Source: Saccostrea cucullata (lineage: Eukaryota). Taken from it: a stretch of 64,000 bases of DNA. The stretch is taken from assembly GCF_032062105.1 (NCBI RefSeq), contig NW_026940631.1, forward strand, positions 558,001 through 622,000, in the 5' to 3' direction. The translations under genes and the position numbers were made by a program. The notes below the pieces were generated by a model. The model saw nothing but the letters and a program-made list of their open reading frames with translations. It had not been told where the DNA came from and did not search any database. The stretch's first letter is position 1. The number at the start of each line of letters is the position of its first letter. Of this stretch, positions 1 through 13,799 are shown one piece after another.

Positions 1-203
1 GAATTTTTCTAAATCCAAGGGGCATAACTCTGTCAAAAATGGCGCGATGATAACTTGACCTAGATATTCAACTGATATACCAGTAAGGCTGTATACCAAA
101 TTTCATTTCAGTGCAATGGACGTGAAGAAAATAAATGGAAACTAAATTGACTGACAGACAGCAGCAAAGCAATATGCCCTCCTTTCTTCGAAGGGGGGCA
201 TAA
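1..203. mobile_element. End of a HINE-like element (edge-truncated)
   Basis: (GACA)n tract followed by the hairpin tatgccctcctttcttcgaaggggggcata. Confidence 0.55.
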
Positions 204-699
204 TAAATGTACATGTACATATATGTAAACATATGACAGTTAAACATACAATTTATCCAAAAACAAAACAGATGTACCAAAATGTGTAGATATAAATTAA
301 CAAAAAAATACAATTTTGATTTTTGTTCATCACTTGTTGTACACATTATCATACAGGACCCATTAACTGAGTATTTTGTCCTTACATTGAAAAACTTTTT
401 CACCACAATTTTCTATGTTTCTGTAATACTTAAATAACTTTACTGCATCAATAAATAATGGCTTACTATCTTGTGATCTTGAATAGTAAATAAAATTTTT
501 TGCAACTAATAAAAGAAAATTTTCTAAACAACTTAATTCCTTCTATATTACCAAGTAAAACAGTTCTTTTGGATATTTTGTAATCTTTTTCAATGACACT
601 AAACCATTATACAAATTGATTCCAAAATTCAGTCACATTTATATACACAATCATAAAATAAGTGAATTATTGTCTATTGTTTATATCCTGTTTCTATGT

Positions 700-1205
700 C
701 TATTGTTTGTTGTCAACTTTAACCTCCACCACAACTTTTGAACCATGAGAGATACAGACTTCATATTTAATATGCCTACTCCACTAATTGAATTCTTTCA
801 AAAGACACCAAGGTCAATGACCTTGTGACCTTGACTGTGACCTATATGCTAAAAATAGCTTTTTTGAACTTTCGCCATAACTTTTGATACAATAAAGATA
901 AAGAAATCATATTTGGAATGCCTTCTTCACTAATTATGCTCTTTCAAATGACACCAAGGCCAGTGAACTTTTGACCTTTACTGTGACTTTAATGCTATAA
1001 ATACCATTTTGAACTTTCGCCATACCTTTTGTACCGTTAAAGATAAGAGACTTCATATTTGATTTGCATACTCCACTAATTAAGTTCTTTCAAATGACAC
1101 CAAGGCCAATGACCTTGTGACCTTGACTGTGACCTATATGCTTAAAAAAACTTGTTTGAATTTGTTGCCACCTGGTGCATAGTGTTTCACAAACACATCT
1201 TGTTT
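700..1205 (+). mobile_element. HINE-like element with about three tandem units of about 150 bp; related copies at about 32935-33380 and 26150-26737
   Basis: Repeated gacaccaaggtcaatgaccttgtgaccttgactgtgacc and a shared 3' end gtgtttcacaaacacatctt. Confidence 0.7.
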
Positions 1206-3254
1206 TGAAGTAGTTTTAATATTTGAATTTCTGTCGAATTTTATGTTACATATAAAAACCAAAAATTTTTACAATCAAAATCATTTTTATTTCAGTACTT
1301 TACGACAGTAGGATGATGGAATATTAAAGAATGGACATGGCTCTATATTACTGCCTCAGAGATCAATCCAGGTTTACTTATAAATTGAAGAAAAACACTT
1401 TAACAGTCAAGCATCATTTGAAGCTACATATGTCACCGCTTTAACAATATGCCTGCTTATATAACCAAGAAAGCACAGTGACCAGTTGTACCTATGATGT
1501 CAGACAAGACCCTGAAAAAACTTCCAGTACACTCATCACTACCTGCAAAGAATTAAAAATTCTAAATGACTTGTATCAACACTTTTGTACTTCATCTGGC
1601 TTGTATTTTCAGTACTCATTAGCTTTTAGCTTCCTTCAAACAAAATTTCATAAGTACTAACTTGCAGGTGTAAAATATTTGAAACAGTTTGCTTGTCCGA
1701 AAGGAAATTCTGCCAATTAGTAGTGGCATGAGCAGTTGATTGATGTCACAGTTCCACCGGCAAAGTATTTGTAGCTGAATGGTGCCATGTAAAACACTTT
1801 TCACAAGAACATGGAAAACATCCTAGAAGTGAGGATCTACAAGAAATTAAGTGAATACTGTCTTGAATATTTTCAATGTTATGAAATGCTTGTGTACATC
1901 CTTTATATATAAAACTAATTACGCATGTAACTACCAAATATACAAATTAAACTTCAATCCTTAAATTTGTTCTTTAGTTTATTTATAACATAATATAATA
2001 AGCATGCAATATTTGTCTTGTTATACTGAAGGATTAAATGTTAAGAAAATGTCATTCATTGAAAAAAAGTGCAATCATTCTGCGCAGTTAGCAATTTTTA
2101 TGGAGAACCTATCGATGTGCATTTGCAATTGTTGGGATTTAATGACAGGCACACAGTAGAAGAATTGTACTTATTAATAAATGTTTTTTACCAATCAAAT
2201 TTCAAATTGATAATTTAATAAGAAAGCATATGACAAATTTAACTATCATTATGGTCCATTGATTTACCATGGTGTTTGAGCTTTTGTGGACTTGATAATT
2301 AACTAGTAAGTTTGAAATATTGAAGTGCAGCCCAAAAATTTATCCTGTACCTGATTTAAAATGAGTGCCAGCATAACTACTTGGGAGTTGCCACACTCTT
2401 CATGAGTATAAGAATTATTGGATATGCCTCATTAACAGGTCTATATTGGTACATGGATGACACAATCAGTCTAAGCATTGTCCCTTTTTTCAGTACCTCC
2501 TGGATCCCTGTAAAATATAATGACAAATGTAGATAAAATGTTCTACCATTGAATGATGAATGTCTTATGGACCCAGTGCAGACCTGTTTGGCGACACCAT
2601 TGGATAAATTGGGGATTGTTCTAGCTAAGATAAATAAGAAAATTCCTATTTCTAATGCCTATTTTAAGAAAATAAAATGTCTTTTTCATAATTGTTAGAG
2701 TATTTGGGAACACGGGCACCTGTTATTTTAGATTTAAAAAAATTTTAAAAAAAAGGGGGGGGGGTATTATCCATACTTCAGGTGCCTGTGTTTGGGAAAA
2801 AAAGGGGGGGTATTATCCATACTTCAGGTGCCTGTGTTTGGGAAGGGGGTCATAAGGCTTTACAGTTAATATATTGATCGTACATGTATGTTGTTTAACG
2901 TCCTACAGTTAATATTGAAATTGAATATATACATCCCTGTGTACATGAAAGAAGTAATGTTGGACGTGTTTATTTTTGGATTATTAATTAATTAAAAAAG
3001 AACATGGATTCTATCAGGATTATGTTTAACCCTGTATTCCCGTGATCGATGAAATTGGGTACATGTATTTCGAATTTGTTTTTATTGACTTTGCTTTCTA
3101 TATCCCCTGCTCAGCTGTCCTGTGAGCTAAATAAATGAAATAAATATAATATGGAACCAATCTTTGGGGGACGTTTTGGTTTGAAATCCTGTTACTTTCG
3201 CTTAAAACAATAAAGCAATTAAACGTTATTTACCTGTATCAATCAGTCCATTTT

Positions 3255-3332
3255 TAGCCTGTTTCCCTGGCCTTCCCATAATGCTGCGCAAACGTTTGCG
3301 CAGCATTATGGGAAGGCCAGGGAAACAGGCTA
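3255..3332. mobile_element. 78-bp perfect-palindrome MITE with 9-bp TSD (TAG..CTA termini, Academ/AcademH-like)
   Basis: 39-bp arms are exact reverse complements with no loop. GTCCATTTT is duplicated at 3246-3254 and 3333-3341. Confidence 0.85.
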
Positions 3333-3452
3333 GTCCATTTTATCCTCTTCTTTTCAATAACCAGAAAACGAACGACTTAACAGACATTACTTCCTGTTTC
3401 GCTTTCGTTTTTAACGGGAGAATTAGTTATTTTATTTTAAGGGTGATTGGAA

Positions 3453-3863
3453 AAGAGATATCTCTTTCATTAAAAGAGATATCTCTTTAGCTTAGAAAGA
3501 TATCTCTTTTTGAAAATCTAAAGAGATATCTCTCTAATTAAGAGAGATATCTCTTTTAAACGTGTTAAAGAGATATCTCTCTAACTTTAAGAGATATCTC
3601 TTTCGCTTAAAGAGATATCTCTCTAGCTTATAAAGATATCTCTCTTACTAAAAGAGATATCTCTCTTTCAAAAAGAGATATCTCTTTTGTTGAAAGAGAT
3701 ATCTCTCTTAAGTCTAAAGATATCTCTATTAGTCAAAGAGATATCTCTATAAGCTAAAGAGATATCTCCATAAGCTAAAGAGATATCTCTCTATGCTAGA
3801 GAGATATCTCTCATTTTGAAAGAAAAAATTATTTTACGAATAAATAGTAAAAGGGCTTGCCAT
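3453..3863. repeat. Array with a 21-bp period of the palindrome AGAGATATCTCT with variable spacers (about 17 units), ending in a conserved element terminus
   Basis: Seen directly. The terminus aataaatagtaaaagggcttgccata is shared with the copy at 58126-58336. Confidence 0.85.
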
Positions 3864-5151
3864 ATTTTAGGGCTCTAAATTAGAAATTAAAAAATGTTAT
3901 AATCTGTACCCTGATCATGATTTAGAATTTTTTGTTATATATAATATCTGAGTTTAAAGAGTATCACATTAACAATTGACGTAAATAATTAGATTTCTTC
4001 ACAAGTCAATGCTTGTTTGGCCTGCTTAAAATGTCTATTTTAGAACTTAAAAGATGATGGTTAGATTTGATAGCAATTTCACAACTATAGAATGGTGTTT
4101 ACATCCTTATAACTAAGCAGATTCACGATAAAAAAAAAGAGGGGAAAATCTTGTTCACCATCAGAGTTGCATGTTGTAACATATAATTGTTGTGTTGTGT
4201 TTTCCTTTTAATCGCTGCTCTATTTAGACGATTAATATAACTTGTTTTATCATAATACTTTTATCATTGAACATTAGATTAATCATTGCAGTTAATAATT
4301 ATCTAATTTAAATATTATGCTTTGCATAAAATACACCTTCTATCAATTCTGTGGCAAATCGTCTCGATGAAAGGAAATAAATTATTACTGTTTAACATTA
4401 TAGTGATAAATACTGAACCTTAAGATTTAAAAGACAAAAAAGCCCATCAAACTATTGAGTATACTTACCCCAAAAAGAACAGTTTAGAGACAATCTATAT
4501 AGCATATAAGTTTTGTTATGGTATATAAGTGTTGTTCTGTATTTGAATCATTATTCTCGTATTTTGAAGGAAATAACTTTTCTTTTCAATCATGAGCATT
4601 CATTTAGAAAAAAAAATTTGACAGAAAGGTTTTCAAAACTTAAAAAATGACACGAATTCTTTAACTTTTCTCATTCTATAAGTATTCTTGGAACGGAGTA
4701 GTACTATGGTTTTGATGATTAAGTCCTGTTGAAATTTTCTGAAAGTTTCAATCTATCTATAGACCTTTGTAAATAAATTTGAATTCTTGGATAATTGGAA
4801 TATGGCAAATTTGTATCAACCTGTACGTCACACATCTAAATATTTGCAGTGTTGCAACGAATGTAGGCTTCTTAATTTAGATGTACGTAAGAAAAGAAAA
4901 TCGTAAATATTAATTCCAAAAAAAATTGAAATGAATTTTAATTATGGCGGAACCGCGACTCGAATGTTAGATTCGGTTATATGAAGAATTAATTAGCTTC
5001 GCTAATGATGTGCAGCTCATTATCATAAACGTCTTAACTGATGGATTTCGTGTTTTGGACGTGATTATTGGGCTGTCAGTCATATGAATTATGTGTTGGT
5101 ACCATTACCAAGACTTTAGTCATTCTACTGGGAGGTGGGTTCCGAGGTCGG

Positions 5152-5240
5152 TATAAACTTCGGACCGGAGGCGTGTGACTATATATTCCCCGAAGAGGCC
5201 GAAGGGAGTGGATATAATTCTAGATCCCTCTATAACTATA
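5152..5240 (+). promoter_or_regulatory. TATA box and probable non-coding first exon of the Pif-like gene
   Basis: TATAAA at 5152-5157 in a locally GC-richer patch, a strong donor gtaagt at 5241, and an acceptor ttttcag at 5525 just upstream of the ATG. Confidence 0.55.
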
Positions 5241-5531
5241 GTAAGTAAAAAGTCGGAATAGTTTCATAAACTGAAATTATTTTTATACATTGATGTTTTG
5301 TTTAATATTTTTTTTCAGGAAATTATTTTGTAATGTCATAAGAAAATTTTCTATATACTATTATTTTAAATAAGAATAAAGCCACAGATTGTTTTATTAT
5401 TAGGTCATAAAGTTGAATACGCACAAAAGTGCAAACTGAATACATTAGAATTGCTCATTTTATCACGTTTTAGTTTTTAGAAATATCACTAAGCCTTACA
5501 TAAACGTTTAATTGTACTTTTTCAGTCCGCC

Positions 5532-8500
5532 ATGACAATCCTAAAGGGCTGTTTGATTTTCATAGTAATGGGATTAACTCATGGAAACCAGAACCCAATA
5601 TTTAAGGCTAACGGGAATATCCTATGGAAAAGTGACGGTTTTCAGTTTGTAGAAACCACTTCTACAACAGTCGGTGGAACGGCTTCACGATTTTCTACTC
5701 CTGTTCCAGTAGTGAAGGAAAGCATATACTCCATAGCCCCGGAAGATTGGACACGGGTAGGAGACAGTGTGTCAGACTTGAAAAATGTTCATTTAGAATC
5801 CATTGATAACAAAATCCAGAATTTAACGATAAATGAGTCGAAAGCTCGTGCAGATAACAATAATGAAGCGTCTGACGTTAACACCGTATCTCAGACAGAT
5901 AGGGATTCTGTTGCAAGAAGTCTGGAACAACAAAATATAAATATAGTCCGGAATATTAAAAACAGCACAAATGTGATCATTGAAGGTGCCGATATTGTTC
6001 TACAAAAAGTTGATTCAGGCAGTGATATGCTTACAGGAGAAAATTCAACAAAATATTTTATACCTTCCACTACAAGTCCAACACGCAACAGTGATTTAGA
6101 AACCCCAACCCACAATTCAACAAAAACTACTGCTGAAAGCGGTGACAAGTTGAACAGGTTGCTTTCAAGTCCTGGAATAAACGATATCAGCACAACGACC
6201 GTCACATACATTCCTGAAGAGAAAGTGTCCGTTGTAACAGAGACTGTTGATACAACGAGCCCAAGTAAATCACCTTCTTCAGCAGGATCCATTTCTTTAG
6301 ATTCTTTTGTCAACATGCTTTTGCCAAATGAAGTAAAGGATCAAGTAAAAAATAGGGAAGGTTTAAGGAAAGAAGCATTAGAACCAATAAATCCAAGTCA
6401 AACAACACAAAAATCAACCCAGAAGCCAGCAACAGTAGAAGTACCCACATCAAGGGACTCCACAGCACAAGAATTATCATCAATGGACACAACAATTCAA
6501 ACTTCAGTAATTAAAGAATCTACAACACAGGTTCCAACTATACAAGATAAAACAAGACCAGAACAAAGTATTCAAGAGAAAATAGTAAACCAGCAAATGA
6601 TTAAAGATATTGATAAACAAAATCTACCAATTCAAGGGAAAATCCGAAAATTTGGAAACATTACAGTGCCCCATGATGTGATCCTTGAGGGCCCAAATGT
6701 TGGTTTGCAGGAAGTTGTCTCCGAAAATGAAACTATAGAGATACAAAAATATACCACCAAAAGTCCGCAGTCAGCTTTTTCGACAAGTCAAAAACTTACA
6801 ACTGAAGAACTAACCACTCTTGAACCAACAACTTCAAACGCAATCACAACTGAACCATTTACTTCAGAAGCAACAACCCAAGAGCCAAACACTCCTGAAT
6901 CTGCAAATCTAGAACCCACAACTCAAGTTCCAATTTCTAAAGTGCCGACAAGTCCAAAATCAATCACTGAAGAGTTTTTCACTCCAGAACCCACCAATCA
7001 AGTAAAAACAACTTCAGAACCAACTACATATGAACCAACTACTGTTGAGACTTCTGCACAACCAACTACTCTAAAACCTACAACAAGAGAACAAACCACA
7101 TCTGAGCCAACAACGTCAGAACCAACTTCTCCCGTATTAACAACTACAGATAAATTCATTAAGGATACCTTTACTCAGGATACAACTTCTTTTAGACCTA
7201 TCACCTCAGACCCAACATCATCTAAGCAAACTTCTCCTGAGCCAGCAACTCCAGAAAGAATCGCCCCTGAACAAACAACTTCAAAACTAACTTCTCTAGA
7301 ATCTGCAACTAAAATCACTGAAGAATTTATAACTAAAGACTCAACCACACCTGAACCCACAACTCCAGAACCAACCACACCAAAACCCACAACTCCAGAA
7401 CCAACCACAGCTGAACCAACCATTCCCAAACCAACCACTCCTGAACCCACAACTCCAGAACCAACCACACCTGAACCAACAACTCAAGAGCCAACCACAC
7501 CAGAACCTACAACTCCAGAACCAACCACACCAAAACCAACAACACCTGAACCTACAACTCAAGAACCAACTATACCTGAACCAACAACTCCCGAACCAAC
7601 CACACCTGAACCTACAACTCCAGAACTAACTACGCCTGAAACAACAACTCCAGAGCCAACCACACCAGAACCAACCACACCTGAACCCACAACTCCAGGA
7701 GCAACCACAGCTGAACCAACAACTCCAGAACCTACAACTCCAGAGCCAACCAATCCTGAACCAACAACTACAGCATCAACCACTCCAGAACCAACCACAC
7801 CTGAACCCACAACTCCAAAACCAACCACACCTGAACCCACAACTCCAGAACCAACCACACTTGAACTAACCACACCTGAACCAACAACTCCAGAAACAAC
7901 CACACCTGAACCCACAACTCCAAAACCAACAACACCTGAACCCATAACTCCAGAACCAACCACAGCAGAACCTACAACTATAGAACCAACCACACCTGAA
8001 CCAACCACTCTAGAACCTACAACTCAAGAACCAACCACTCCAGAACCAACCACAGCTGAACCTACAACTATAGAACCAACCACACCTGAACCCACCACTC
8101 CAGAACCAACCACACCTGAACCCACAACTCTCGAACAAACCACACCAGAACCAACTACTCCAGAACCAACCACTTCAAAACCAACCACACCTGCACCAAC
8201 AACTCCAGAACCTACAACTCCTGAACCAACCACACCTGAACCTACCAATCAAGAACCAACCACACCAGAACCTTCAATACAAGAACCAACCACACCTGAA
8301 CCAACAACACCAGAACCTACAACTCAAGAACCAACAACACCAGAACCTACAACTCCAGAACCAACCACACCTAAACCTACAACTCAAGAACCAACCACAC
8401 CAGAACCTACAACTCCAGAACCAACCACACTTGAACCAACAACACCAAAACCTACGACTCCAAAACCAACCACACCTGAAACCACAACATCAGAACCAAC

Positions 8501-10956
8501 CACTCCAGAACCAACCACATCTAAACCCACAACTCCAGAACCAACCACACTTGAACCAACCACACCAGAACCAACCACTCCAGAACCAACCACACCTAAA
8601 CCCACAACACCAGAACCAACCACTCCAGAACCAATCACATCTAAACCCACAACTCCAGAACCAACCACACCAGAACCAATCACATCTAAACCTACGACTC
8701 CAGAACCAACCACACCAAAACCCACGACTACAGAACCAACCACACCAGAACCAACTACACCAGAACCAACCACACCTAAACCCACAACCACACAACCAAC
8801 TGCACCTAAAGGCACGTCTACAGAACCAACCACATCAAAACCCACAACTCCAGAACCAACTACTCTGGCACCAACAACTCGTAGTTACATAACTGCTAAG
8901 CCAGCAACTCTGAAACGTGAAACTTTTGAACCAGTAACATCTGTAACAACAACTACTCCCCCACCTCCTCTTGAAAGTATGACTTTTAAACAATTATTAA
9001 TACTTTCATGCTATTTTTTCTCAGTTTTAAATTTTCATACATTTTATTTTTCCTTCTGTTATTGAAATGTGTTATCAAATTTTATTTACAGCTTTGTGTC
9101 AAAATAGCGTTTTTATTGATGGCATCGGATATAACACATATCCAGGACAATGTAACAAAGTTGTTCAATGTTACTTCAACTACGATCAAACAAAAGCAGT
9201 TCTAAGAGAATGTCCAGCTGGGTTATTTTGGCATCAAGATCACGCCATGTGTAAATCGCCAGAAAAAGTGCCGTGTTACGATGGTATGATTTTTTTCCGC
9301 TATATCAAATTGATTTTTAATTTTTTTTTTTTTTTTTTTAAAGAAAAACAACAACAGGAAAAGTTTTTGTAAAAATAATTCTTCTCTACATCATGGTAGC
9401 TGTATACAAGTTTACAATGAATTGTTGGTTCTCTCAATTTTCAGATCAATGTCTCAATATTGGTGTGAATGCCTATGCAAGATCTGGTGGATGTAGGTCC
9501 TATTATTCCTGTGAAGCGGGAATTTCTGTCCCAGCCTGCTGTGATAAGGGATTCCGCTTTGATGGTCAAGGCTGTGTTCCGGACAGCTCTTGCATGGATT
9601 CCTGTGAAACTCCAGACGACTTAAGACGACGAGTAAATCAACAAAGTAAGTATTAAAATTGAATTTATCAGAGCATTTATCATTAAGTAAGTATTAAAAT
9701 TGAATTTATCTGAACATTCCCATATTAACACATCTAAAGAAAAGCTTTTGAGTCTTTTCTCTCTAAATATAGTGTGTAGGTTCCTACCAGATAGTGGCAA
9801 CCCCTATGGATATCTTACTCTAGAGCACAGTGGTCTTCGATTTAGAGCATGTCCATACGGGACAGCGTTTAGTGCCAGTCAGTGTATCTGTACTTGGAAT
9901 CCAACGCAAACCAGATCATACCCACAGCGAGAAGGTATAAATTTATCAAGCTTACAGTCGCATTCATATTCCTTTACAGCCTTAACAGCTTTCTTCAACA
10001 AAATAATTATACAAACTTTATTTCAAAGAATTCTGCTCATTTAATTCCTTTTCTCTCTCTCTCTCTCTTAAACAGTTTGTAAACCTGACTTTAAGATGAA
10101 TTTCGATGGAAACTTGTTCAGGGAACTTTCTGGATCCAACATGGCTTTCTACGTAGAAAACGCAGTTATTCAAAATGGCGCAGCAAAGTTCAATGGAAAC
10201 GGAAAGATTACTTTGTGGGGTTTTATGAACAAAGAACTTGGAGATGAATTTGCTGTTAGAGTTAGGTTCAAGCCACTCCAGACAGAGGGAGGGTACGGGA
10301 TGCTAGTTTCTAACTGTGGATATGAAGGTCTACCAACAGTAGAAATCTCTATGCAGGATAAAAAAGCGAGACTGGTAGCTAAAAGTTTGCATTCCAATTC
10401 TCCATCCATCTTAGAATATCACATAGTCGTAAGTATTTATTATTACATCTAAAACGGTTTTGTTTTATTTCATTTCAATATATTAAGAAGGAAACCGAGT
10501 AGGAATGAACTAGAATGCAAAAATATATTTCACAAGTTTTTCTAAATTCTTTATTTAAATTATGCAAAGGAAAAGCCCACTGCACAAAATTATTTTATTT
10601 CAAGCCATATGAATGGAATGAAATATCATATCACTACGATGGCAATACGTTTACTGCTGAAGTAAATGGGTACAGCATCTCAGAGAAACTTACTGGAGGA
10701 ATAGAGACGAGCTCGAACCCGATGTTTATAGGGGGCTGCCCCAAACCCGGTTCTGGATTCAATGGTTTAGTAGATAATGTAAGTATATGGATATTTCTAA
10801 ATTCTCTATGTCTTTAACTTTTCTATGTCAAACAAAGCAAATTTCGAAATATTTTCTTAGCTTTTACTTATACAATAACAGCTTCTACAAAAGAATGATT
10901 TTTTTCAGGTTGAAATTTACAGCAATTGTGTTCCTTCAAATTTCCTACAAAACTAG
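5532..10956 (+). CDS. Secreted mucin-stalk protein with three chitin-binding type-2-like Cys modules and a C-terminal LamG/ConA-like domain (Pif/BMSP-like), about 1524 aa. Coding exons 5532-8976, 9092-9283, 9445-9645, 9773-9934, 10076-10428, 10605-10778, 10909-10956
   Basis: Kozak-like tccgccATG and a signal peptide (MTILKGCLIFIVMGLTHG). All introns are GT-AG and join in frame (4575 nt). Cys modules include CNKVVQC..RECPAGLFWHQDHAMC, CRSYYSC..ACCDKGFRFDGQGC and RACPYGTAFSASQCIC. LamG-like segment: CKPDFKMNFDG..AKFNG..WNEISYHYDG..MFIGG..FNGLVDNVEIY. AATAAA at 11188. Confidence 0.88.
7344..8870 (+). repeat. Coding 15-bp minisatellite encoding roughly 100 PTTPE/PTTPK pentapeptides
   Basis: Units such as ccaaccacacctgaa and cccacaactccagaa are visible directly and the frame is never broken. 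Confidence 0.97.
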
Positions 10957-11325
10957 AGATGACAAGAAATCCTGCTCATTAAGAATCATAATTCCATGTC
11001 ATTATTCACTTTCAATGATAAACATTTGCTTTTTATTTATTATACATCTTTATTTATATTCATACTCATTTGTAAATTGTGAAACAACCTTGTACAACAA
11101 TCATTCCCTCGTTCATTTGTTTGTATCTACCAATACGAGTATATATGTACATTCTTAGAATTTACAGCGTTTTAATTATGTGAATTTAATAAATGAAAGT
11201 TATATTAATTATTGTTTGTGTTTATTTAAATATTCAAATTCAAAAGAATTTAGTTCACATTCACACGATCTTCTGCCGATAATGTTATTTGTCTACTCAA
11301 TGGGTACAGTAAATGTTTTAGCTAG

Positions 11326-11387
<62 letters not shown>

Positions 11388-11651
11388 TGTCGTCGTTGTC
11401 GTTGTTGTTGTCGTCGTTGTCGTAAACTTTTCACATTTTCATTAAAATGCCAATTTCAACCAAATGGCACATTTTTTATAACGTCCTTTTATACATGAAT
11501 TTGTAAAAAATTAATGGCATTTTTCAAAAATCTTCTTCTCCAGAACCGCTGGGCAAGGAAAGATTGGAAGCAAGGTAGTGTAGATTCAAATTTGTTCAAA
11601 TCATTCAAAATGGCCGACCCAAGTTTTACACAGGAATATATAGGAAAAATC

Positions 11652-11686
<35 letters not shown>

Positions 11687-12122
11687 GAAAGATGAAACTC
11701 ATGTGGAATCATCCTTAGGTAGTGTAGATTCAAATTTGTTCAAATCATGACCCCCGGGGCAAGGGTGGGGCCAAAAACCTAAGTTTTTAGGAATATATAG
11801 GAAAAATCTTTAAAAATCTTCTTCTCCAGAACCACTATATATTGGAATCATAGGTAGTGAAGATTCAAGTTTTAAAACAACGAAATTAGGAATATATAGG
11901 AAAAATCACACTAAATTATTTTTGATGATTCAAACAAAACAAGGGTGGGGCCAAAATGGCCGACCCAAGTTTTACATAGGAATATATAGGAAAAATCTTT
12001 AAAATCTTCTTCTCCAGAACCACTAGGCCAGGAAAGATGCCATGTGGAATCATCCTCAGGTAGTGTAAAATTTGTGCAAAATGGCTGACCCTAGTTTTAC
12101 ATAGGAATATATAGGAAAAATC

Positions 12123-12156
<34 letters not shown>

Positions 12157-12300
12157 GGAAAGATGAAACTCATGTGGAATCATCCTCAGGTAGTGTAGAT
12201 TATCAAATCATGACTCCCGGGGCTAGGGTGGGGCCAAAATGGGACAGTTTTACATAGGGATATATAGAAACCTTTTAAAATCTTCTTTTCAAGTACTTCA
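11326..12300 (+). mobile_element. Second HINE/satellite copy, internally scrambled and 3'-truncated
   Basis: Same 5' head (tttttagctcacctgagccgaaggctcaagtgagc) and fragments of the same units. Confidence 0.75.
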
Positions 12301-12949
12301 AAGCTATGATTTGTGATATTTATACTTTTTATTATTTGTGCAAATGATGAAAAGAGATGTTATTTTCTCTTGTTATTTCTTATATTATTATAAGAATAAT
12401 ATTTTTTATAATATAGTTCTTATAACACTCTGTATGAATTAGTCTGGACATTTACAGATCATGCATTTATTAACTTTTTATTAGCTAAAAGAGATTATTT
12501 TCCTTGTTTCTTAAAAGATTAATTAAATTGGAATTCTAAAGTTACCAATTTTATAAACTCAAACCATTAGGGGTAGTATAGAGTTCGTTAATTCAGGCAA
12601 CAAATTAAATTTTGAAACACTCGTCAAGTAAATTTCATTCTGAATTGAATGAAATAATATACCAGCAGTTGAAATATAAATATATAATTATTATCGTTAT
12701 AAAGTTCATTAGGATATGTATGACCTGGTCCTTTTCATACATGAATGCATATTTTTGATTTTAGCTCTTAAATGCCGAAAGTAGTTTTCCTAGATGGCAA
12801 CTTAACGTTATACATAATATGTACTAGGTATACTAGTGTTCGTTTATTTTCAAAACTGAAAGGCTTTTAAAACAAGGAACAAAAATCAAAAAAGAAACTT
12901 TGGTAAAAGACGTGATTTTAGTTTGCGTTCTTTCTTCAATGTAAAGAAA

Positions 12950-13600
12950 GTGGAAATAACGAACAGTATTCATGCTCAAAAATTCATACAACAATTCAAA
13001 GTAGGAGCAGAACAAACATGGACCCCCAAAACAGAGGTGGGATTAAGTGCCATGTAGAGTGAGTATCCCCTATCGACCGGTCACACCCGCCGTGTACTCC
13101 TTGTCATAATCGGGAAATAACAGGAAAATCCATCGTCAATTCAGTATGTAAATAATAATAGATCTGAAAAACGTCAATCAGCATTTGACTCGGTGATAAA
13201 TTGTATTTGCTGACAAAGGGAATTGTATCGACCATAAAATTTACGAAATAGTGACTTTAAAAATGCAGATATTCTTCTTTCAGCAACATGTTCGTCCATA
13301 ACTTACCTCGTTTCAGAAATAGTTCATACGTAGAGCATGCTCTCGCGTATCGTTTCAACTGAGAGATATAAACTCCGTATCCAGGTGACCAAAGTTTTAT
13401 TTCTGCTTCAGTAAGGAAAAATGATGATTGAAAAGTTAAAGTCATCTCTTTTATCATAAAGCTTTGTTGTTAGATAAACATCAACGTCTTTTTCTTGTAA
13501 AAGATCCAGATATAAAACAGATGTTACAGACTGTGTAATATCTTTTATTTCAGGCTCTACGGGATATATCGTGAAGACATATAAATGGAAATAACTATAA
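12950..13600 (-). mobile_element. Penelope-like 3' fragment (same family as 46900-48300)
   Basis: SPGYGVYISQLKRYARACSTYE remnant and the shared 3' motif. Further decayed copies lie near 21690-22005, 33720-34110, 36210-36520, 40690-41040, 41450-41660, 54250-54370 and 60390-60610. Confidence 0.72.
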
Positions 13601-13799
13601 CTTTAATCGACGTGTGTTCCACTAACCCAAACCCTTACTTGGAAATGTATATGTTCCATAAAACTGTAACCTGTTAACAATTTTAACAATTTAATAAAAT
13701 GTCGTTTAATAGTTCTAACTCTGGAGCAGTTCTCGAAGAGTCCATCCTTAGATGCAAAGATTGATCATTATATGCTGTATAATTATTGATATCAGATAT

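Noticed and set aside
1250-2650. Possible decayed minus-strand coding sequence (transposase-like or exons)
   Set aside because: No continuous frame or motif that I can support with confidence.
2745-2845. Direct duplication of about 50 bp with G-runs (also a 39-bp duplication near 9643-9710)
   Set aside because: Simple local tandem duplications with no evidence of function.
3453-3863. CRISPR-like repeat-spacer appearance
   Set aside because: The 12-bp repeat and 9-bp spacers are far too short, the context is eukaryotic, there are no cas genes, and the terminus is transposon-like.
7175-8892. Antisense (GSGVV)n, Cys/Trp-rich and Gln-rich ORFs
   Set aside because: These are shadow frames of the PTTPE coding minisatellite.
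11460-12240. ORFs and a novel-looking repeat mosaic
   Set aside because: These are scrambled satellite units of a HINE and may reflect local mis-assembly.
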